Of a stretch of DNA of 64,000 nt, positions 37,921 to 47,552 are shown in pieces. The stretch's first letter is position 1; every line of letters starts with the position of its first letter. Origin of the DNA: a virus. A program made the translations under genes and the position numbers. The notes under the pieces are model-generated. The model had not been told where the DNA came from, did not search any database, and saw only the letters and a list, made by a program, of their open reading frames with translations. The stretch lies in IMG/VR virus record IMGVR_UViG_3300046779_000879, positions 99,643 to 163,642 of that record; one strand, given 5' to 3'.

Positions 37921-40900
37921 TAAACTAGTACCCCTATATTTTGTGTTCTACCATAGACTGTTAATTGACCACTAGAAATGACAATTGAAGTAGCACTGCT
38001 TGGCGCAACATCACCTCTCTTATATACTAAGAATTTAGATGATGAAGCTGTACCCTCAATAGTAATTGTGTTTGCATCAGTCCTTGTAATATTTATGTTT
38101 GACCCTGCAGCAAGTTTTACATCATCAATGGATGAGTCAGATCCAGAGATTTGAATTTTAGCACCACCAGTAGCTGTTTCTGCTGAAATAGAATATGTTG
38201 TGTTTGAAACAGTTTCACTTGCAGTACTATAAGATTGAACATGACCATATGTATCAAATGTCAATCCTGTAACATAAGTTCTACTTGTTGCCGTTAAATT
38301 GCTAACAGAAGAAGTATCTGCGTGGGCTACTGTGAAAGATGTTCCTTCACCAGCTGTACCAGTTACAGTTATTCCATTACCTGCAACTACCTCTGAAGCA
38401 TAATTGCCAGTAGTATCAGTACCAAGAGCAACAGAGTTTGCTGCAATAGTAGCCGTTAATGTTCCACCTGCTAAATCAGTTAACGTTAATGATCCAGTTA
38501 AATCTCCACCTAATGTTATAGTAGGAGAAACTCCAGTTATAGTAGGAGAAACTAGAGTTTTATTTGATAAACTTTGAGTACCGCTGGTAGTAACAACTGG
38601 AACTAGATTATGAGTTAATGTTCCAGAAATGATATTGTAATCACCATTACCTTGAGTTCCATTGCCACCACTGGCATTAACTCTTACATCAAATGCAGTT
38701 GGTGTTGATCCAGTATTATAATTAATAGTGGCAGTAGAACCTGCTGCAGAATAAGTTGTTGCTCCAGTTAATGTAACTGCAGATAAAGTTTTATTTGTGA
38801 GAGTTTCAGTACCAACTAGAGTGACTAGTGTATGAGCACCGCCACCGATTGGAAGAACTGTAGTATTAGTACTATGTGTGAATACTATACCAGACGCATG
38901 CGTTTGCATACCAGTCTGATTTAAGAATAGACTCGATCCAGAAAGATATAGATCTTTAAATTTGTATCCAGCAGAACCTAGATCATAAGTTGCATCAGCA
39001 CTTGGAATTAAACTGCCAGATATTGTAGCACCAGCAATTGTTTTATTTGTTAATGTTTCTGTTCCAGCAAGAGTTGCTAAAGTGCCAGTAGTAGGCAATG
39101 TTACAGAAGTGTTTGCTGTTGCTGTTAGTGTTGTAGTGAAAGCACCAGAGGTAGTTAAGTTACCACCCAACGTAATTGTTTTACCTGAATTATTTACACC
39201 AGTACCACCGTATTGACCATCAATAACTGTACCATTCCAAGTACCAGTACCAACAGTTCCTAAAGTTGTAATAGAAGTTTGACCAACATAAGTTGATGCG
39301 ATATCAATACTATTTGCATTTGCAGTGATTCTATCTGCAGTTCCAACTACATCAAATTGATTTCCAGTAAGTGTTAAACCAGTACCAGCAATGTATAAAT
39401 TTTGACCAGCAAATTGTTCCCAAATAACATTATCTGTACCAACAGTAATTACTTCAAATGTTTGAACCCAGCCAGTTTTACCAAATAAAGTACCTTCTTC
39501 AATGAAAGTGAAATCACCACCACCGATCTCTGCAGCGGTGTCGAAATCAGTTGCACGAGTAAGTACTGTTGCACTAGTGCGAACATACATACCGTTATGT
39601 GCTTGATTCGTTTGATTCTTAACAAGGATACGATCGCCATTGGCAAGTGTAACACCATCAAGTGTTGTTATACCAACAGAAAGAGTAAGAGTTGCACCCA
39701 CACCTGCAGTACCATTAGCATATGTTACCGTACCACCTGATAAAGTTGCTAAAGTATCAGTTGTCGCAACTCGAGCAGCTTCGTGAACGTGTAAGCCTTG
39801 TGCAATAGTATCAACATATGATTTTGTTGCAGCATCTGTTGGATCTACTGGCTCATTAAGACCAGTAATAATAGAACCAGACACATCAACTTTACCAGTA
39901 CCATTTGGGGAAATAATAATATTTCCATTGGTATCTGTTGAAGAGATTGTATTACCGTTAACATTAATATTATCAACAGTTAACTCAGTAATACCAGCTA
40001 GTGATGTAGATGTTGCACCAAGAGCAACAGTTGTGCTACCAATAGTAACAGAACTATTAGTGAGAGAAGAATTACCAATATTACTTAAAGTATTACTTGC
40101 GCCAGAGATAGTCTTATTAGTAAGAGTCTGTGTACCATTTAATGTAGCAACAGTGCTATCAATATTAAAAGTGATAGTGTTGTTTGATACAACTGAATCT
40201 AAACCAGTACCGCCAGTAAATGTTAAAGTATCAGTGCCAAGAGCAACCGAATCAGCAGTTCCAGAATCAGCTGCAACAGTTAATGTAGTAGAAATTGATG
40301 CTGTACCAGCTGCAGTTAAACGTCCTTGCGCATCAACGGTAAATGTTGGTATTGCTGTTGCTGATCCATAAGATCCAGCAGTTACTGTAGTGTTGTCAAG
40401 ATTTAATGTTACATTATTATTTGTTACAGCAGAAGATAAACCAGTACCACCAGAAATAGTTAGTGTATCTGTTAGCATGCTAACAGAATCGGTTCCAGTA
40501 TCACCAGCAATACTTAAACTAGATGCTACAGATGCAGTAGAAGCTGCAGTTATTTGACCTTGCGCATTAATTGTTAATACAGGGATCTGAGTAGCAGATC
40601 CATAAGCAGCAGCAGTTACACCTGTATTTGATAGAGCGATTGTTACTGCAGATGAACCATTATAAGAAGAACCAGATAAACCAGTTCCAATGGTAAGAGC
40701 GTTTGTTGCTGTAGCAGTAATTGTTGTAGAACCACCTAATGAGACAGACTGTCCATTGATAGTTACAGAACTATTCGCTAGTTTAGAATTTAAAATTGCT
40801 GAGTCTGCTAGATTCGCTAGATCTTTTCTAAGAATCTCGATACCACCAGCTGTAGACCCATTATGAAGTCTTAAGGCATAGTTAGTTGTGTCAACTGTGA

Positions 40901-40973
40901 GTTCAGCATTCACACCAACAAATGATGTATGTTGAGCAGCTGTTCCTCGTCTAAGTTGAATTTGAATTGCCAT
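37920..40973 (-). CDS. Long fibre-like virion protein with Mtd-N-like N-terminus
   Basis: IQLRRGTAAQH...ELTVDTT...HNGSTAGG; DAATKSYVD; GDRILVKNQ...NGMY; TLTNKT repeats. Confidence 0.75.
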   Translation of the reverse strand: MAIQIQLRRGTAAQHTSFVGVNAELTVDTTNYALRLHNGSTAGGIEILRKDLANLADSAILNSKLANSSVTINGQSVSLGGSTTITATATNALTIGTGLSGSSYNGSSAVTIALSNTGVTAAAYGSATQIPVLTINAQGQITAASTASVASSLSIAGDTGTDSVSMLTDTLTISGGTGLSSAVTNNNVTLNLDNTTVTAGSYGSATAIPTFTVDAQGRLTAAGTASISTTLTVAADSGTADSVALGTDTLTFTGGTGLDSVVSNNTITFNIDSTVATLNGTQTLTNKTISGASNTLSNIGNSSLTNSSVTIGSTTVALGATSTSLAGITELTVDNINVNGNTISSTDTNGNIIISPNGTGKVDVSGSIITGLNEPVDPTDAATKSYVDTIAQGLHVHEAARVATTDTLATLSGGTVTYANGTAGVGATLTLSVGITTLDGVTLANGDRILVKNQTNQAHNGMYVRTSATVLTRATDFDTAAEIGGGDFTFIEEGTLFGKTGWVQTFEVITVGTDNVIWEQFAGQNLYIAGTGLTLTGNQFDVVGTADRITANANSIDIASTYVGQTSITTLGTVGTGTWNGTVIDGQYGGTGVNNSGKTITLGGNLTTSGAFTTTLTATANTSVTLPTTGTLATLAGTETLTNKTIAGATISGSLIPSADATYDLGSAGYKFKDLYLSGSSLFLNQTGMQTHASGIVFTHSTNTTVLPIGGGAHTLVTLVGTETLTNKTLSAVTLTGATTYSAAGSTATINYNTGSTPTAFDVRVNASGGNGTQGNGDYNIISGTLTHNLVPVVTTSGTQSLSNKTLVSPTITGVSPTITLGGDLTGSLTLTDLAGGTLTATIAANSVALGTDTTGNYASEVVAGNGITVTGTAGEGTSFTVAHADTSSVSNLTATSRTYVTGLTFDTYGHVQSYSTASETVSNTTYSISAETATGGAKIQISGSDSSIDDVKLAAGSNINITRTDANTITIEGTASSSKFLVYKRGDVAPSSATSIVISSGQLTVYGRTQNIGVLV
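39547..39608. repeat. 62-bp perfect direct repeat (second copy 42066-42127)
   Basis: tcagttgcacgagtaagtactgttgcactagtgcgaacatacataccgttatgtgcttgatt occurs in both long fibre genes; a 46-bp perfect repeat lies at 39431-39476 and 41950-41995. Confidence 0.9.
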
Positions 40974-40982
40974 TAGTATTCC

Positions 40983-41234
40983 TTAAGCTATTGTTCCGCC
41001 ATCGAGCAGAGCATCCATATTTACTGCTTCTGTTATAAAACCTGCATCTAGATAAGGGGATCCACTACTTCCGCCACCACCACCTTGCGAAAACGCTTGA
41101 ACTTGATTGTTGGTATTTTTAAAGTATAGTTTTCCATCAGCGTAGTTAATTGCTAACTCACCGTAATCTAAGTCTGATGGGACTGGAATCTTCGCTGGAA
41201 CTGAAGATTTTTTAAGTAAAACTTTATTTGCCAT
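40983..41234 (-). CDS. Small fibre-associated protein
   Basis: LKKSSVPAKIP...DYGELAINYADGKLYFK, ends LDGGT. Confidence 0.7.
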   Translation of the reverse strand: MANKVLLKKSSVPAKIPVPSDLDYGELAINYADGKLYFKNTNNQVQAFSQGGGGGSSGSPYLDAGFITEAVNMDALLDGGTIA

Positions 41235-41287
41235 TCTATACCTTAAAAAAGGAATTCACAAAGATAGGGAGTAAGAACTCCCTTTAT

Positions 41288-44200
41288 TTAGTATGTACCG
41301 CCATCGATGTTAAAACCATCAAGGGTAGATGTTCCTGCACCAGCACCAGTAATGTTAGTACCAATAAACATTGCTTTAGCAACAGATAAACCACCAGAAA
41401 GAACCACCGCTCCATTACCAACAGCAGAAGTATCAGTAGTGTTAGTAAATGTTACTGCACCTGAAGCTGCAAGAGTTGTAAACGCACCAGTGTTTGCAGT
41501 TGTATTACCGATTGGAGTGTTATTAATCGAACCACCAGTAACAGTTGGTGATGTAAATGTCTTGTTGGTGAATGTTTCTGCACCATCAAGAGTTGCAACA
41601 GTTCCAGTTGTTGGAAGTGTAATGTTAGTATTTGCAGTGGTCGTTAATGTTAAAGTATGTGCACCACTGTGAGTGAAGTTACCACCAAGAGTGATAGTCT
41701 TAGAACCATTATTAACACCAGTACCACCATAAGTTGGACCAACAATGCTACCCTGCCAAGTACCAGTAGCAATAGTACCTAAAGTAGTGATAGAAGTTTG
41801 ACCAACATAAGTTGCTGCAATATCAATACTATCAGGATTTACTGTAATTCTATCTGCAGTACCTACAACATTAAATTCTGTACCAGCAATCGTTAAACCA
41901 TTACCAGCAGTAAATGTACCAGAACCAGAGAACTGACGGAAAATTACAGTATCTGTACCAACAGTAATTACTTCAAATGTTTGAACCCAGCCAGTGCTAC
42001 CGTATCTAGTACCATTTTCAACAAAAGTAAAGTCACCACCAGCGATCTTAGCACCAGTATCAAAGTCAGTTGCACGAGTAAGTACTGTTGCACTAGTGCG
42101 AACATACATACCGTTATGTGCTTGATTTACTTCATCCTTAACAAGGATTCGATCGCCATTAGCTAATGTATGTCCATCAAGCGCAGATAAACCAGCAGAA
42201 AGAGTAAGTGTTGCGCCAACACCAGCAGTGCCGTTATTGTATGTTACTGTACCACCAGAAAGAGTTGCGAGAGTATCAGTAGTTGCGCAATGTGCAGCTT
42301 CGTGAACATGCAATCCTTCAGCAACAGTATCAACATAGTTTTTAGTAGCTGCATCAGTCGCATTTACAGGTTCATTTAATCCTGTAATAATAGAACCAGA
42401 AACATCAATTTTACCTGTACCATTTGGAGATAAGATAATATCGCCATTAGTATCTGTTGAGATAATTGTATTACCATTAAAGTTTAAATTATCTACTGTT
42501 AATTCAGTAATACCAGCGATAGAAGTTGTGGTAGAACCAAGTGTTAAAGTAGAAGAACCAAGTGTAATATTTTTAGCAGTAACAGCACCAGAACTAACTG
42601 TAAAGTTAGCGTTATCAAAAGATGCTACACCTTTATTAGAGGTAGACGCATCCTCACCAGCAACAGTGATTGTTGACCCAGCGTGAGTTACATCGATTCC
42701 TTCACCACCAAGAATTGAGAATCCATGAGTGGCAGGAGTTAATGCACCAGAATCTGTAGTAACAGATTTAACAACTGTGTCTTTTAATTCAACCGCACCA
42801 GAAGTTACATTAAAGTCATTAGTGTCAAAAGATGCAACACCTTTGTTGGTAGTAGAAGCATCTTCAGCTGTAATGGTAACAGTATTAGTAGAAGCATTGA
42901 TAGAAGTATCAATACCTTCTCCACCAGCGAATGTTAGTGTATCAGTTAAAAGAGAAATTGAATCTGTGCCTTGACCAGCGTCAGCTGCAATACCAAGAGA
43001 AGTTGCAACTGAAGCTGTGCTTACAGCAGTAACAAGACCTTTACCATTAACAGTAACAATTGGTATTGCTGTACTAGAACCAAACTGCCCAACATTAGAG
43101 TTTACTGTATCTAAGGTAACTGTAATAGTTGTGTTACCTAAGTTGGTCATTGTAGCGTTACCGTCTACGTCACCATCAATAGTAATAGTAGGATCGTTTA
43201 CATCAAAGTTTAACTTACCATTTGTGTCATCATATGTCACTGAAATTCCAGATTCAGTGTTAGAAGAAACCATATCTCCAACAAGATCTTGAATATATTC
43301 AGTATTTACAGCAACTGTAGAAGTATTACCAACATCAGAGTTTGTAATATCAATACCATTACCACCAGTTACTGCACCACCGACTGTGTCATAAATGAAC
43401 TCAGCAAGAGTATCAGAAGTACCATTGATATAAACATTATTGAGAACTAATTTACCAGTACCATTTGGTGTAAGTGTAATATCACCATTAGTATTAGTTG
43501 AAGTAATTGCGTTACCATCAATACGAATATTATCAGTATCTAACTGTGTAAATGCACCAGTGCTTGCAGTTGTATTACCAATTGGGGTATTATTGATACT
43601 TGAAAACGTAGCAGATTGTGCAGAAATTGCAGAACCAACATACAACGCACCAGCAATACCAACTCCGCCATCAACAACTAAAGCACCTGTAGTGGTGCTA
43701 GAAGAAGCAGTAGTTGCGTTAATATTAACAGTTGTAATTTTTGAAGCGATGTCTAGACTATCTGTGTCTAGAGACATTGCTTCAGAACCATTCGTTACAA
43801 ATGATAGAGTGTCATTAGAAGCACCTGGAGATGATTCAGCAGTAATGTAAGTTAATCCATCAACTGATTTAACACCACCTAATGAACCCCAAACAGTACC
43901 AGAGTAACCTTCGAAAGAAGAACTGTCAGTATTATAACGGATAGTACCTTGAATTGCTGGACCACGTTGTAAGTCAGTACCAACTGGGATTACTAAACCA
44001 TTTGTTCCAACAATTTGAACATATCCAGTTCCATTAGGATCTAGTGTAATATTCCCATTGGTATCAGTAGAAGAGATTGTATTACCATTAAGGTCTAAAT
44101 TATCAACCTTAAGATTATCTAATTTACTAGAAGCATCAGTAACTAAAGCAGACGATGCAGTTAGAACACCTTTAGTGTGATCCAACATGTCAGTGAAATA

Positions 44201-44383
44201 CTTACCACCGATTACAAAGTGGTTTGCAGCATTACCTGAGGTTTCTGAACCTATACCAATGTATAGTCTATCACCACCATTTGATCCGTTGTCGGTTAAT
44301 GCTGAGTACGCTAATTCACCAGCACCCAGCGTTGCTGGATTTCCTGATACTGACGAGCGTTTAATTCTTATAATAGATGCCAT
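41288..44383 (-). CDS. Long fibre-like virion protein
   Basis: IRIKRS...GELAY N-terminus, beta repeats, ends IDGGTY; shares a ~300-aa segment with 37920..40973. Confidence 0.75.
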   Translation of the reverse strand: MASIIRIKRSSVSGNPATLGAGELAYSALTDNGSNGGDRLYIGIGSETSGNAANHFVIGGKYFTDMLDHTKGVLTASSALVTDASSKLDNLKVDNLDLNGNTISSTDTNGNITLDPNGTGYVQIVGTNGLVIPVGTDLQRGPAIQGTIRYNTDSSSFEGYSGTVWGSLGGVKSVDGLTYITAESSPGASNDTLSFVTNGSEAMSLDTDSLDIASKITTVNINATTASSSTTTGALVVDGGVGIAGALYVGSAISAQSATFSSINNTPIGNTTASTGAFTQLDTDNIRIDGNAITSTNTNGDITLTPNGTGKLVLNNVYINGTSDTLAEFIYDTVGGAVTGGNGIDITNSDVGNTSTVAVNTEYIQDLVGDMVSSNTESGISVTYDDTNGKLNFDVNDPTITIDGDVDGNATMTNLGNTTITVTLDTVNSNVGQFGSSTAIPIVTVNGKGLVTAVSTASVATSLGIAADAGQGTDSISLLTDTLTFAGGEGIDTSINASTNTVTITAEDASTTNKGVASFDTNDFNVTSGAVELKDTVVKSVTTDSGALTPATHGFSILGGEGIDVTHAGSTITVAGEDASTSNKGVASFDNANFTVSSGAVTAKNITLGSSTLTLGSTTTSIAGITELTVDNLNFNGNTIISTDTNGDIILSPNGTGKIDVSGSIITGLNEPVNATDAATKNYVDTVAEGLHVHEAAHCATTDTLATLSGGTVTYNNGTAGVGATLTLSAGLSALDGHTLANGDRILVKDEVNQAHNGMYVRTSATVLTRATDFDTGAKIAGGDFTFVENGTRYGSTGWVQTFEVITVGTDTVIFRQFSGSGTFTAGNGLTIAGTEFNVVGTADRITVNPDSIDIAATYVGQTSITTLGTIATGTWQGSIVGPTYGGTGVNNGSKTITLGGNFTHSGAHTLTLTTTANTNITLPTTGTVATLDGAETFTNKTFTSPTVTGGSINNTPIGNTTANTGAFTTLAASGAVTFTNTTDTSAVGNGAVVLSGGLSVAKAMFIGTNITGAGAGTSTLDGFNIDGGTY

Positions 44384-44397
44384 CTTTTATTCTCCGA

Positions 44398-44646
44398 TTA
44401 AAATTCTCCACCTTCCATGTTTTGCGCATCGAGGGTGGTGGTGGATGTCCACTTGTTTGTTGTTGTTTTATATACTAGGACTGATCCATTAATTTTAGTA
44501 GTTGTATCAACATCTCCAATACTTGAAATTGATTCTACTATGGCTGGATTAGCCAAATTAGTTGAAGTGTTGAGTACATATGTACCCTCTGACACGGCAA
44601 CAGTTAGTGCTTCATCAGGTTCTACGACTGCTGTAATATCTGTCAT
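44398..44646 (-). CDS. Small virion-associated protein
   Basis: GDVDTT...NGSVLVY...KW, ends MEGGEF. Confidence 0.65.
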   Translation of the reverse strand: MTDITAVVEPDEALTVAVSEGTYVLNTSTNLANPAIVESISSIGDVDTTTKINGSVLVYKTTTNKWTSTTTLDAQNMEGGEF

Positions 44647-44647
44647 A

Positions 44648-44983
44648 TTATATTTGGGTAATTTGAGGATTTACTGTAACGATACCTTCTACGACTCTGG
44701 TTTTTGTGCCAGTAGAAGAAGTAATTTCCACGTCATACAACCATCTTCCAGCTGGAATCGTTTCAGATTGAGTAGAAGTTAATTGTAAACGAATTTTGCC
44801 TGTGGTTGCATCAAAAACAGAAGCTGTGAAAGGATAAGCTGTGCTTGATTGATAAGACTTTCTCATCTGAGAAGCGACAGTATATCCCGTCAAATTTAAT
44901 GCTTGTCCGTTAGAGGCAGTTACAGTGATGATATTACTGTAAGTTGCTCCAGCGTCTACATAAAGATTACTAATAGTTGCCAT
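44648..44983 (-). CDS. Conserved virion structural protein
   Basis: NLYVDAGATY, LTGYTVASQMRKSY, GRWLYDVEI, TRVVEGIVTVNP; late promoter TATAAATA at 45012-45019. Confidence 0.8.
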   Translation of the reverse strand: MATISNLYVDAGATYSNIITVTASNGQALNLTGYTVASQMRKSYQSSTAYPFTASVFDATTGKIRLQLTSTQSETIPAGRWLYDVEITSSTGTKTRVVEGIVTVNPQITQI

Positions 44984-45038
44984 GTTCTGGAATCCTAAAT
45001 TCTATAATTCTTATTTATAATACCAGAGACTGCAAACT

Positions 45039-45065
45039 AAAAACCCCTCTAGAAGAGGGGTTTTT
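45039..45065. terminator. Bidirectional intrinsic terminator
   Basis: AAAAACCCCTCT-AGA-AGAGGGGTTTTT. Confidence 0.8.
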
Positions 45066-45084
45066 AATTATTATTTTAGATCAT

Positions 45085-45348
45085 TTATTCAGCTAATGGC
45101 TCAGGTCCATTATCTTCATCTTCAGGTTGAACTAAATCAATTCTTCCCTCTGTTGTGCTCCAAACATAATTAAAGTCTGCGTTAGAAAATGTTCCTTCAG
45201 AATATTCCCAGCCAATTCCTACTGGTGCATCTTCAATTGCAACAAACTCTAATCCTTGACTATCAATGCCAGTTTGTGTAGGTAAAGTACTCCATACAGT
45301 TACATTTTCTACAACACCATTTTTAATATGCGCTACGTTATGTGCCAT
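45085..45348 (-). CDS. Small tail-fibre-associated protein
   Basis: AHIKNGVVENV...VGIGWEY..GTF pattern typical of genes next to glycine-rich fibre genes. Confidence 0.65.
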   Translation of the reverse strand: MAHNVAHIKNGVVENVTVWSTLPTQTGIDSQGLEFVAIEDAPVGIGWEYSEGTFSNADFNYVWSTTEGRIDLVQPEDEDNGPEPLAE

Positions 45349-45362
45349 TTGTTTTCTCCTTT

Positions 45363-46109
45363 TTATACCAATCCATAAATTTCTTCTACAATTACAGAAC
45401 CAGTTGATCCTGAATTGTTTGCTCCACCACCAGATCCGTAAATTCCTTTAGCAGCAGCATTCCATGCGCCACCGCCTGGACCACCACCAGAACCAGCAAA
45501 GGCATATGATACTGGGCTAACAGGTGTACCACTTTCACCTTGTGGTTGAAAAAATCCACCAGCTGAGAATGATGTTCCACCAATACCACCTTGACCACCG
45601 ATAACTATGGTATTGGTTCCACTACCTGATCCACCAGTGCCACCTTGATTACCGCTACCAGCACCACCACCTGTTGAAGCAACGTATGCGCCAAATGATG
45701 TTGTACCACCACCAGAACCTACACCACCACCAGAACCAACTGTAACTGCTACTGTTGTAGTAATTTCAGAAATATCTAATGTGCGAACAGTTACGCCACC
45801 TTGACCGCCACCACCAGCATTACTTCCAGAACCTCCGCCACCGCCACCACCGTAACAAGTAACACGTAATCTTTTTAAGTTTACTTTACCAGTGGTAGAG
45901 TACGTAGCAGCACCTGCAGTAGTAAAATATTCTACTCTAGTAAAGCCACGTGCACGATCTTCTCTCGCTGAAGGAAATCCACCAGCAGTGGAACCATTAT
46001 GAACTACTGTAACATCTTTATCAGTATCCATAGTCACTTCACCTAGTGCGCCCGTGAATGCTGCGTGTTGAGCAGTCGTTCCTCTTCTAAATCTAACTTG
46101 TTTTGACAT
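45363..46109 (-). CDS. Mtd-N + glycine-rich adhesin-like protein (paralogue 3)
   Basis: MSKQVRFRRGTTAQH N-terminus, poly-Gly domain, ends VEEIYGLV. Confidence 0.75.
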   Translation of the reverse strand: MSKQVRFRRGTTAQHAAFTGALGEVTMDTDKDVTVVHNGSTAGGFPSAREDRARGFTRVEYFTTAGAATYSTTGKVNLKRLRVTCYGGGGGGGSGSNAGGGGQGGVTVRTLDISEITTTVAVTVGSGGGVGSGGGTTSFGAYVASTGGGAGSGNQGGTGGSGSGTNTIVIGGQGGIGGTSFSAGGFFQPQGESGTPVSPVSYAFAGSGGGPGGGAWNAAAKGIYGSGGGANNSGSTGSVIVEEIYGLV

Positions 46110-46118
46110 ATCTATTCC

Positions 46119-46826
46119 TTATACCAATCCATAAATTTCTTCAACGATAACACATCCATGTGTTCCAGATGCACCACCACCACCGCCACCACCACGAATA
46201 CCATTACCGCCAGAACCATGTGTGCCACCACCGTATCCACCACCAGTGTTACGACCAATTGCTTGATAAGTTGGTCTAAATGGTTGAGAACTTTGCTCGC
46301 TTTGGCAAGCACCTTGGCCACCTAGTATATAGACACCACCACCAACTGGACCACCAGCACCACCACCAGATCCACCAGCACCACCATTTAAACTTGATCC
46401 AGAAGAACCACCAGTTGCATTAATATAAGATCCAAAAGATGTTGTGCCACCAGTGCCACCAGAACCTGCACCAACTGTAACTGCTACGTTAGTGGTTAAA
46501 TCCAATCGATCTAATATAACTTGAGTTATTCCACCACCGCCACCACCTGAACTGGCACCTCCACCACCGCCACCATAACAAGTGACACGGATTCTTTTTA
46601 AATCTGTTTTATTGGTTAGTGTCCATGTACCATTACTAGTAAAAACTTCCATTCTAGTCATACCACGTGGGCGATCTTTTCTTAATAAAGGAAATCCACC
46701 AGCAGTCGAACCATTATGAACTACTGGAACATCCTTATCTGTATCAACAGTAACTTCGCCTTCAATTCCAGTAAATGCTGCGTGTTGCGCAGTCGTTCCT
46801 CTTCTAAATCTAACTTGTTTTGACAT
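46119..46826 (-). CDS. Mtd-N + glycine-rich adhesin-like protein (paralogue 2)
   Basis: Same architecture, ends VEEIYGLV. Confidence 0.75.
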   Translation of the reverse strand: MSKQVRFRRGTTAQHAAFTGIEGEVTVDTDKDVPVVHNGSTAGGFPLLRKDRPRGMTRMEVFTSNGTWTLTNKTDLKRIRVTCYGGGGGGASSGGGGGGITQVILDRLDLTTNVAVTVGAGSGGTGGTTSFGSYINATGGSSGSSLNGGAGGSGGGAGGPVGGGVYILGGQGACQSEQSSQPFRPTYQAIGRNTGGGYGGGTHGSGGNGIRGGGGGGGASGTHGCVIVEEIYGLV

Positions 46827-46841
46827 TTTTGTTATCCTCTA

Positions 46842-47522
46842 TTAAACATAACCATAAATTTCTTCAACGGTGATCATGCCACCGCCACCGCTAGCACCAC
46901 CACCGCCACCGCCACCACCAGTTTTACCTGCTTGGCCATGACATCCACCAGTATCTGGACCACCTCCACGTCCATTACCACTACCTGCCTGATTACCACT
47001 AGCACCAGCTTGAGCACCTAAATTTATAGCTCCAGTACCAGATACACCTCCACCAGCAGGAGCTGCTGCACCAGGGTTATTATTTCCACCAGCACCACCA
47101 GTAGCTGAGATAAAAGAACCAAATGATGTTGTACCACCAGAAGAACCTGCACCACCACCAGAACCGATTGTTACAGCAGTTGATGCTGATAAAGATGTTG
47201 CTTCAATGATAATCATTCCTTGACCACCTTCACCACCGCCAACACTACCAGAACCACCACCGCCACCACCAGATACATGAACAATAACACGTTTTAAATC
47301 TGTTTTACCAGAAATACTATATGTGCCATTGGAGGTAAAATTTTCAACTAGCGTAAAACCACGTGGACGATCTTCTCTTGCAATTGGAATACCACCAGCG
47401 ACAACACCATCATGAACAACGAGTGCATTTTCAGTAGTATCAACTGTTATTTCTCCAGCTGGACCAGTAAAGACAGCATGTTGTGCAGTTGTTCCTCTTC
47501 TAAATCTAACTTGTTTTGACAT
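46842..47522 (-). CDS. Mtd-N + glycine-rich adhesin-like protein (paralogue 1)
   Basis: Same architecture, ends VEEIYGYV; late promoter TATAAATA at 47545-47552. Confidence 0.75.
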   Translation of the reverse strand: MSKQVRFRRGTTAQHAVFTGPAGEITVDTTENALVVHDGVVAGGIPIAREDRPRGFTLVENFTSNGTYSISGKTDLKRVIVHVSGGGGGGSGSVGGGEGGQGMIIIEATSLSASTAVTIGSGGGAGSSGGTTSFGSFISATGGAGGNNNPGAAAPAGGGVSGTGAINLGAQAGASGNQAGSGNGRGGGPDTGGCHGQAGKTGGGGGGGGASGGGGMITVEEIYGYV

Positions 47523-47552
47523 TTTAAATTTTCCTGTTCTATTATATTTATA

